Shown here piece by piece: positions 54,160-64,000 of a DNA stretch of 64,000 nt. Under the pieces are notes generated by a model. That model was not told the origin of the DNA. It saw only the letters and a list, made by a program, of their open reading frames with translations, and searched no databases. Positions within the stretch are counted from its first letter, which is position 1. Each line of letters starts with the position of its first letter. This DNA comes from Paraspadella gotoi (taxonomy: Eukaryota; Animalia; Chaetognatha): the NCBI GenBank assembly GCA_051294375.1, contig CM119264.1, forward strand, positions 20,178,248 to 20,242,247. Reading direction: 5' to 3'. Made by a program: the position numbers and the translations under genes.

Positions 54160-57100
54160 CAGTTTTTTTTCTCCATATTGCCTTGTATTCTCGAAATTCC
54201 TCGCAGAGGACAACTGTGAATTTCCTACATCAGCAAGTCAAATAAGAGGGGACGAACAAACGTCAACAGTATGAGATAATATCTGACTTCGGCCAGCGTC
54301 AACGGACGACACGCACAAATAAAAGCTCGTCATTTTCGAGAGTTAGTTTTATCAATAAATAATGTCTTTTTAAACTCAATGTATGAATTGACAAATGATT
54401 AAAGCTACAAATCAATCATTCAAACAACGAAATAATTTATTTAAACAATTCTATCACCTGTGTAAGAACTGTAGCGTCTTTTTCTGGCTCCATCTGATTG
54501 ACTTTTTCGGAAAATGTGGATAGAGACTTTCGAAGATGTTGATTATGAAGTCCACAACGACGGGGATGAGGGTGGCGGAGGGCCGACGATGCGCCACCCG
54601 TTGCGAAGGGAATAGACGAGCGGCTCACGGGTTTGCTCGGATGCGTTCCTGCGGTCATCCTTTAAATCTACGGCGGTCAATATTCCTGAGAGTGTATAAA
54701 AAATAAAACGCCCAGGCTGGCTAAGGCAAGAACCAAAAAAGCCAAAAAGTATTGTGCCTTACTACTATCGTCCGTGAAAAAACTGAAGTAAAAAGGAGGA
54801 GGGCAAAGCAAAAGGAGAAAAGATGAGGAGTAGAGAGATCAGGGCGTAATTGAGGAGAAAGAGGAGAAAGAGGAGAAAGAAGAATTTTAGTTGACGTCAG
54901 AGACAGGCGAAATGATCATCGCAAAAGAAAAAGCAGAAGTTCTCCTCTTATCACGACTCACGAGTAATTAATTTCAGTCACCTTTTTTTGGACAAAAAAT
55001 CACTCTACTCACCCCCGTTGTCTCTGATTTCTTGACTAATGTCTTCGGCAGCTGGCCCGTAAAATGCAGCGGCGCCCCCTTTGGCGATCTTCTGCAATGT
55101 GACCGCGAGCTTCGTATTCTTCACAGTTTCGCCCGCGACTTTCCAACGACCCGCCTCTTTGTTGTATAGCAGAGGTCGAAGACTCCTGGGAAAGTCAATG
55201 GAAATTGAGAAAGTTAAGCGATCAAAATTATTTGTCCTAAACTTCGAATAAAATGAGTTCTGAGAAGCGACATCCCAACCGTCCGCCACCCGTCACGGCG
55301 ATTCTAACAGTGTTGAGTAAAATTGACGTCTCGTTCTCGCCAACTTCTGGAGGAGAAACTCGTCAGCCTCAGGCGCGAAAAAGGCTGAGACGTTTACGAA
55401 TTTGCACCTGCATGATTCGTTATGAACCGGGGTATGGTTCTCGTATGGTGTTGGGGCCCAGATCGGGGAATGTCTAAAGAATGGAAGAGGACATGAAAAG
55501 TGAATTGAAAATTCACGCGACGATGTGGATCAGCGCCAAAAGCGGGCAACGATTTGTCGACTTGATAAATGATGAACGCAACCACAACGCGTCAAACTTC
55601 ACGCAACAAGGAATAAAGCTGGGACTGGGAGAGCGAGACGCGCGGCAATGAGATTATGAAAAAGTGGCTCGTGGCGAATTGAGAGTGGATAAACTTGGCA
55701 TTGGTTGATTCAAACCTTTTTAACGATTCCTGAAATCCCAAATCTCCTTTTTCCAATTTCCTACAGTAGCATCCATCTAGAATTTCTGAAACGGCAAGCC
55801 TCTGTAACTCGAGTACGAATGATAATTGAAAGCGAGTTTTTGTATTGTTATCGAGTACTCGGTAAGCCATTGCTCTACGACCACTTTTGGGACAGCAGTT
55901 TATTGTAAAACTTTACTTGAGTGGGATTTCGAATCCTATCATTCCATTCCGCGTTAAAGTCTTAGTTTTTAACCACTTGGCCATCTCATAATTTAAAAAA
56001 AATTTCAAAAACCTTAATATAAATTTCGGTTTCCTTTTTTTTTTTTATGCCAACCGAAAACTTTGTTATTCTTTTTTCGAAACGATTTAATTCTTTAATT
56101 CTCTCAATCATTAGCCTATTTTCTGGTTTTTGATTGTAAAAAAAAATTAATATAATTAAATTTACTAAAAGAAGAGATAATAGCTATGATCCGTCCAGGA
56201 AGGTTGCAGAAGGTTGTCATTCCGCCACAATTGGGGAAATTTGAGTTACAAGGAATCGTAATAATACTATTACCAATTGCGGTAATAGTTGAGATGAAAA
56301 ATGATAGTGCGGTTTCTTACTTTTGTCAATCGAAAATAGATTTTAAAACATATCACGAATACTCTGTGAGAATTGATGCTTATTCTCATCCAAGTGTCTG
56401 ATGTTTCGCCCGTAACGAATTGTCTCAACGTGAGTCACCAAAGAAAAGATGTAAAGGTTGAAACGTTTTAATTCTTTATAGAGATCCCTCGGAAAATCGT
56501 AAACACTTAAAACACAAATAACGTGTTTTTTAATATATTCTTATACCGGCCAAGGTAGAATGTTGGCAATATTGTTAATATTAAGTTTCAAAAAAATCCT
56601 ACATAAATATAGAAAATATTAACCAAAATATTCGGAAAATTGACCCCTTCTTTGGAAGATTTTCGCCATAGAAGATTTTTCCCGAATCTGACTCCCGGTT
56701 GAAAACTTTTAGAATTCCGATCGTTAGCTCTCTTTTACTTTTACTTTAAATAAAAATTTCAACAAAATGGACTAATTCACTTTCCCATGATAGTATCATA
56801 TCAAAATAACTAAATAAAATGTAAAGAAAAATTTTCAGAGCCCTTCAGACATATGGCTATCGGATTCCTGAATTTGAAGTTTATTGTAAAATCACAACAT
56901 ATGTTAAATGCGTTGACATTGTATTGAAGTTAAGAAATCCTTTTTTTATATATAAAAATTGCGTCGAAAATATTTTCCCGAGCGGACCAGTCCATTTGGA
57001 ATCTGATGGTTTTATATCAAAATGATGGTTATTTGTTAAGAGGAAAAAAATGCAAGCCCTTCAGATGCAACAGGATCGGAATCGAGTGTTTTTACAATCT

Positions 57101-57317
57101 ATTTTTTACCTGAATTTTTCCCAGGGGCGTTGACATTATTTGGTAGTCAGATTTTAACGAAAATCTCCATTGAAAAAGTCTTCCTCGATTTCTAAGAACG
57201 ACGTAGACTCCTACGTCGCGGCTTAACTTACTTTTCTTAAATTTCAAACTGAAGATGCCGATTACAAACTAATTTTCATTCGTCGGCTCCTGTATCATTG
57301 CCTTGTTATTATCATAG
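54160..57317. repeat. Tandem near-identical copy of 50985-54159, with two frameshifted GGT exons
   Basis: Collinear over about 3.16 kb; differences are mostly 1-2 bp indels; ends about 130 bp before an N gap. Confidence 0.95.
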
Positions 57318-57447
57318 TCTCTATCTTTAGTTTTCCTCTCGCGATGCGAGATGCCATTTGTTTTTGGTAGATATTGCTTCAGCCCATGCCGGTTTGGGTC
57401 TGGGCATGTATTTTCTGTCCAGACATGCCTTTTCTGTCCGGGCATGT

Positions 57448-57472
57448 NNNNNNNNNNNNNNNNNNNNNNNNN
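57448..57472. other. Assembly gap (25 N)
   Basis: Run of N. Confidence 1.
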
Positions 57473-57733
57473 CTTTCCCTTTATTTTGTAATGTTTTTGC
57501 GGCATGCCTTCTTCTCGGGCATACCTTTTTCATGATATAAAAACGATGTTTTTTGAGAGAATAGACATTCGAGTTTGAAGAAGATACTACGCGTTTTTCT
57601 CTCAGACAGAAAATTATTCAGCTCTTCGAGATAGGCCGCCTCAAAACATTAATTAATTTTTTTGTTTCCCCAAAAAAATTAAAAGAGAACCTACATCTTT
57701 ATATAATTTAATTTGAACAAAATTTTTTTGAAA

Positions 57734-57975
57734 GTAATTTGGCCGAGTGCTTAGCGCCCCGGATTTCAACGTTTCGAAGAGGTTTCAGGTTCAAATCTGG
57801 CCGAAATTACTTTTTACCATAAGTTCTGATGTCACAAAATTGGTCGTAGAGCCATAGCTTACCGAAGGGGGAGTAGCCATATGTGTACTCGATATCAAGA
57901 CAAACTTTCAAATTATCATTTGTACTCGAGTTATAGAGCTTGCCATCTCAGAAATTTTAGACAGATGCTACTGTA
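57734..57975 (+). mobile_element. tRNA(Ser/Leu)-derived SINE
   Basis: GTAATTT...AAATTAC acceptor-like stem, TGGCCGAGTG box A, GGTTCAAATC box B; no proper anticodon stem. Confidence 0.55.
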
Positions 57976-59356
57976 CCAAAATACCATTCATTGCTCACCA
58001 GAACAGCGACCACGAACTCCTATTCTTCCACTATTCTTTGCGAATTAAAAGAACAAAAACTTAACCGGGTGGACCATCGAAAATTGATTGTGGCAACGAG
58101 ATGCTTTATGGCAACTCGATTGGAAATCCTCCTAAAAGGGCCCTCCTTGGCAACTTTCTCGTAGTGAGAAAAAGCCATGACCCGAGGATTGGAGCCCCGA
58201 ACGTGCCAATTCGCGCACCCGATTGCCAACTAAGCGAGAACACGACAACGGAAAAAGTCGGAATTTGTGTCGGTCTCACGAACGTATCATCACAAATATC
58301 ACAATCATCACAAAACATACAAACGTCACTCACAGAATCGCCTCATCTCACGACTCTTTTTCCTCCTCCTCATTCCGCATCCGCCTTTCCGTATCTGCAT
58401 CTGCAGCGTGCCAACTAATGATTAATGGCGATTCCCCCGAGATATTTTCACCCCCCTTTTTCCCTTTTCACTTTTTATTTTCTTCCATTTTTCCCCCTGC
58501 TTTCCCTGTTCCGTTTTCAGTATTTTTCCATTCTTGACCCAATTTTTCTTCTCTTCCCCTTTTCTCTTACCTTCCCATTTTTTCACTCTTCCCCTCTTTT
58601 TTTTCATATTATTTCAATTTCCAAATTAAAAATAGTTTTCCATAATTTCTCTGACACTCGCAATATATATCGATTTTATTCTGTAATTGAAGTCAGTAGA
58701 GCGATAACTCCGCGAGCGCGGAGAGACCCCGTGGATTTTCTGCGGGAAACTTCTTCATAAATCTCGTCTATTGTTGAAGGCTCGAGCGTCATTGATATCA
58801 AGGAACGACAGGCGGCGGCGAAGGGTTTACCCCCCGCTGCTGCGACAACGCCATGTCTAACTTTGCACAACCTCAAAAGTGTTGTATCGTAGTATAGGTG
58901 ATTGCTTTTTTACCCCGAATTTTCAATCAACGTTAAATACCAGCAAGGAGCCTATGATTTTCTCCGTATTATATCGCAAATAAGTTTTTCAGCTTTAAGC
59001 GTTAACTTAATTTCTGCATTCTGCTTTTTTTCTGCCCATTTTTCTGTACACGTAGCCCCACACATTTACACCCTCCGCCTTTCGCTTCCCCCTCCGTTTG
59101 CTCCCTCATAAGCTTGGCATCTCCACAAGCTCATTTTTCATTCACGCCTCTGCATCTCTGGGGCTTCTCTTCCACGGGAAAAGTTTCTCATCGCTAAATC
59201 ATCAGGTTATTTTGTTAAAATTAATTTCCTAAAGATTAAAAATTATGAGGTTACATAAAACTTTTGTGTAAGAAAGAGAGATACCAGAGATTTTTCACCG
59301 CTGCCAATCCCGCGCTGCCCGAAACCCCTCCCCTCAAAAATTGGCCGCTTCCACAG

Positions 59357-60022
59357 TAGAGTGGAGCACTGGGGAACATAAATATTATTTGAGTGAACAA
59401 AGATATTTAGACGTGAGAAAGTATGATTAAGGAGTACAAAAAATATTTTGCTTATATTGTTTGGGGAACAGTATCATTAATTACAATATATTTATAGTAA
59501 TATCCTTATAAAATCAAAAATTTTCAAAATAATTTTTTAAAAATTTTTATTAAAGATTTTTCATAAAAATTAAGATTAAAAATTAAAGATTAAAGATTCC
59601 AATGTCTTAAGCGTCAAAAATAGAAAAAAGGTCAAATTCTCCACTTTTTCATGCTTTGTAGTAAAAACTATTATATGATAAAACGTTTTGGTCATTTTTT
59701 GCAGCTTTAACCTAAAAATATCATATAACATATAACATATATATATATATATATAACATATAACATATATATATATAACATATAACATATTTATCAAAAG
59801 TTTTTCAGTTTTTTCCGGCGAATCCGAAACTGTTCTTAAAATTTAAAAAATATGATTTTAAAATTTTATAATTTTATAAGGATATTATTAAAAAAAAAAT
59901 TCAATTAATAATACTGTTATGCAAATTTTTTTTGAAAAAGGGTTTAACTATTTTTTATTACATATACAAAGGCAGCAAAAAAACATTGTTCCATCGCTCA
60001 ATCTTTTCATCACTCCACCCTA
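59357..60022 (+). mobile_element. hAT-type MITE (family A variant)
   Basis: TAGAGTGGAG...CTCCACCCTA; TSD TTCCACAG. Confidence 0.92.
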
Positions 60023-60439
60023 TTCCACAGTGTTCGCTTACGCTTTCCGGATCGCGTCCACATCTCTGGGAGATACTTTAGTGCCACGCGACAGGTCAAA
60101 TTAGTGCCTGTTATTTGCCAGTTTCAGAACTTCGGATCTGACTGTAGTCTGACACTTCAGTTGGGTTAGACGTCCCGTCCCGCTTACTGGCATTGACTCC
60201 AAAGGGGCGAATCCAAAACCGCTTGCTGGGAAGAGAGAATTCTCGCTCTTACGCCAGCTGGGCTACGCTGATGGACTGAGGCGGGTGGCGATAGTGAAAG
60301 TGTTGCCACAATACCTCCAACAATTAATCGCAAATAATTTGTTATTACACTATATAAGTATCCCAATTCGACAATTCCTTTATTGTTCTTTCGTTATTGT
60401 TGCTCCGCAGTTTCCTCTTTCGTGAGAAAAACTAGATAT

Positions 60440-63111
60440 TAGACCTTGCCAGAAAATTTGAAGTTTGTGATCCGGCTTAGTAGTAGGGCTCAAAACGAGA
60501 TTCATTCATGCGGCGGATGTTTTACAATATTCATTTTTTTAAAAAAATTATGGGAAATGCTTCCAACTTTTCAAAAATTGCTGAAAAAATGAAAAATTAG
60601 GGCATTTCTTCAATATCTCGAAGGGTATTAAGTATTGTTAGTAATATTTTAATTAGCCTCCAATTTAGTAATTATCCGTCTTTCAAATTTTGTCTCTCTT
60701 AATTCTGTAAGTTCCAAAGTTTAATATTTCATAGATTCCCAGGAACTCGGCGCCTATTTTATAAACATTTTGTCTAAGTAGAATAAACAAAGGAAAAGAG
60801 ACGAGAGGGAGGCCGAGATTTTAGTGCAATCCATTTTTAAATCTCAAAGGATTAAGAACCGTTTTTATTTTTCCTGTAACTAAGTAAATTTCAACTCTTT
60901 CAAACTACAACCATTTCAGGTAACTTCGAAAACAGACTAGTAAAACATGTACCACTTAGCTCTCTATATAACATCTTTGAGGGCTACAGGTTACGTTACC
61001 GACAGATACCGACAAACTCAAACGAAACAAGTTTTAATCATCGAAGGAAAAACTCAAGCTGATTGGTCGAGGCCGATTCCGTCTTGACCAATCATGATTC
61101 GGCGATTCCATATCGGCGGAGATTTCCCGATCCTCCGATCCGTTTCTACTTTGGGTAGGATTTGTTATCCTGCGATGTAATCATTAAAGCGTAAAAAACT
61201 GAACATTAGAGCGTTCAAAGATAACAAAATCTAAGATATTTAATTTCATTCATTGTTGTTTTAATGTAATAAGGTCTGAAGAATTCGATGATGATAACCA
61301 TTTTTTGGTATAGTTTCATGTTCCCTGTCGCCAATGGCGATTTTTGAAGCATATAAGGTGCTATTAAAATGGTGCTGAAGAGGCTGGTTTTACAGGGAGC
61401 TACACCCGCAGCGGTGTCACCTCGTGGCGACAGCGTGAAAGCATGTTCATGTAGTCCAGAGCTTTGGATCTGGCAGTAGGCCCTTGCCTACAGGCGGGTT
61501 ACCCGGTCCATCCCACTTTCTACATGACAACCTCAGGGCTCGAACCAAGGACGCACATTGGTATGGTGCATTAGTCCACTGAGCCACTGAAGCGCTGCGA
61601 AAGAAACAGCTTTCATCTATCTGTGGTGATAGGACCACCAGAGTGCAACCATTGTAGAGTATGGAAAATTAAATTATTAAAATTTTATAAAAGCTATATT
61701 TAGCGTATATAATATGAAAATAAAAACCCATAAAAATATTTCGGTAAGTTTATTTACAAATTTTATATTTTATTAAAAGCTTGTTAACTATATTTATTAA
61801 TAATTGGTAGTTAAAAATAGGCTAAAGTGAAAAAATAAATATTTTAAAATTTTAAAACCGGATTTGAATTCCTTGCAAAAAGTTGATATAGGAAAGTAAA
61901 ATCCATTTTAACTAATTATTTCATTAAGTTGGTTAAAAATGTTAAAAACTATGATTTTTACTTAATTTTATCATTTTTAGCTTAAAATTATAGTTTTTCT
62001 AAATTTTGACTAACTTAATGACTTTAATTTTTTAATAAAAATTATATTTTTTATATCAACTTTTTGCAAGGAATGCGAATCCGGGATAAAAATTTTTAAA
62101 TTATTATTTTTTAACTTTAGCCTAATTTTTATTTATAGTTATTAATAAATATAGTTAACTTTTAATAAAACCTAAAATTGAAAAATAAATTTACCAAAAT
62201 ATTTTTATATATAATATAAAATTTGTTTGTTTTGATAAAACGTAAACAAAACATATTTAATAACTGTCCAGACTCAATTTTAAGCAAATCGATGATGAGA
62301 AGATGTATATAAATTTTCAGCTTCATAAACCCAAATTTAATCATAAAAAAGGCGATCTATAATTTGGAACGCCGACGACGACGACGACGACGACGCCACT
62401 TATGCGCAAAAGTGTTACAATATCGTCGCAAACGCTTAGCGATTGCGACGATAAAAAAGTTTTTGCAATTGAATTTTACATTAAAAGTTTAGTTTGTTTT
62501 GTATTGGAAAAATTATGTTGAACTTTAAATACATATTAAATTTTAATACCTATAGTAACAGTGTTAGTATTTGAAAACAAAAAGCATAGTGATAAAGTAG
62601 AAATAATATTATCTATTATATACAAACTGCATAATTTGAGTTCTGATACTTGTGGTACAATTACTGATTTGTTCAATAATGAATATCCTGTTTGTCTCTT
62701 TGTATGAATTAATATCCAAATTCTTTGGATTAAAAAAAAATACTTCAATATGTTTCAATATATTGATTGCTACAACTTATATATTTTATCTTCAAAAAAA
62801 AAAATATTTTTGAGTATTTTTTTTAATTTAAAAAAATCATAATTCATATACCGATAAGAATTTTAAATGAAACATGTACAGTTTTTTACGCTTTAATGAT
62901 TAAAACTGGTTTCGAGTATACTTAAAGCCCTTCGACATATTAAAAAAATGCCATAATTTTTCAGTTTTTCAGCATTTTTTGAAAAGTTGGCAGCATTTCC
63001 CATAATTTTTTTTAATAAAGGAATATTGTAAAACATCCGCGCATGTATGAAGCTCGTTTTGAGCCCTACTACTAAGCTGGATCACAAACTTCAAATTTTC
63101 TGGCAGGGTCT
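60440..63111. mobile_element. 2.7-kb non-autonomous hAT element with nested insertions
   Basis: Long TIRs TAGACCTTGCCAGAAAATTTGAAG...; 8-bp TSD CTAGATAT (60432-60439, 63112-63119). Confidence 0.9.
61390..61600 (-). mobile_element. Probable tRNA-derived SINE nested in the hAT element
   Basis: GTGGCTCAGTGG box A and GGTTCGAGCCC box B on the minus strand. Confidence 0.55.
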
Positions 63112-64000
63112 ACTAGATATACCAATATTATTTCGGTTCTTACGTGTGTGTTCGTCTAAATTTTTACCTTGTCAGAGTCAGAGACCGATTTTATTTCTAT
63201 AATCGTGGTTTCTTATAACACAAAATTAACGTTGTTCGCTGTTTCGTGATATCGACAACGTTTTTTCCTAAACACCGGCCAAGTCTGATGCTCGTCCTGG
63301 ATATCTTTGAGGCGACTTACGACCGGTTTAGAGAGAGAGAGAGACCGGTCGTGAGTCGCCTCATCTTGTAAGAAAATGAGAGGGTACTGCAGTAGCCGGT
63401 AGCCGACCAAATTCAAGATTTTAGATGGAGAAGCAGCAAAAGTAAACTAAATCCCATTATTGGTATTGAAATTATTGTGTTAAAATATGTTATTTGTTGG
63501 GCAAAAAATGTTTGCGCGAACGCTTGAAAGTAATTCGCTAAATTAAATGATTATTGATAGTCTAGCTAAATAATGTCAAAATGTTTTTGGGGCATATTTT
63601 AAGTTTTTTTAATTGATTCTGATAGAGGGCTTAAAAAGTTAAGCAAAAATAATTATCGTTACAGGCTAAATTTATTAAACAGTTTTGTTATTATTAGATA
63701 TAATAGTAAAAACTGGCTGAAAGATCATCGGATGATGATCGAATGATGATGATGATTTTTATAAGGTTTTTTCTTTTTTTAAACGGACCACATTATCATC
63801 AAAATAATTGAAAAAGAATTATACTTTGTGTAGAATAACTTTTCATAAGCTAATTTGAATCTGCTTTTAAAAATAAAAAAATTCAAAAATAATTTTTTGA
63901 CATGTTTCATATCTATAAATAAATATTTAAAAAAATTAATTACTAAATGCTTCTTGCCATTTTAGAAAAATTTTGGCTCCATTTGGAATAGTTTTTCTGC

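Noticed and set aside
57734-57810. Functional tRNA-Sec or suppressor tRNA (TTCAA loop)
   Set aside because: The anticodon stem does not pair, and the sequence continues into a dispersed repeat body.
58020-58876. N-terminal GGT exons (RHGVVAA..., QSSGHGFF, KLPRRALL)
   Set aside because: Only faint resemblances in different frames; no consistent splice model.

Overview
AT-rich, repeat-dense animal (bilaterian invertebrate-like) genomic DNA with small-exon genes, all on the minus strand. From left to right: (1) a decayed full-length Ty3/Gypsy-type LTR retrotransposon (555-8952) with non-canonical 5'-CG...TG-3' LTR ends, a leader antisense to most of a tRNA-Leu, and an apparently inactive OTU-like domain between RNase H and integrase; (2) a divergent retinoic acid receptor (RAR/NR1B) gene (about 9213-24870) with a conserved DNA-binding domain but a remodelled, possibly C-terminally truncated ligand-binding domain; (3) two genes of unknown function; (4) the 3' part of a gamma-glutamyltranspeptidase gene, partly duplicated next to an assembly gap. 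Introns and intergenic DNA hold hAT and Tc1/mariner-type MITEs, Helentron/DINE-like elements with minisatellites, tRNA-derived SINEs, solo LTRs and Penelope-like fragments carrying minimal hammerhead ribozymes. Exon models were assembled by hand from GT-AG sites and frame continuity; no database searches were run.
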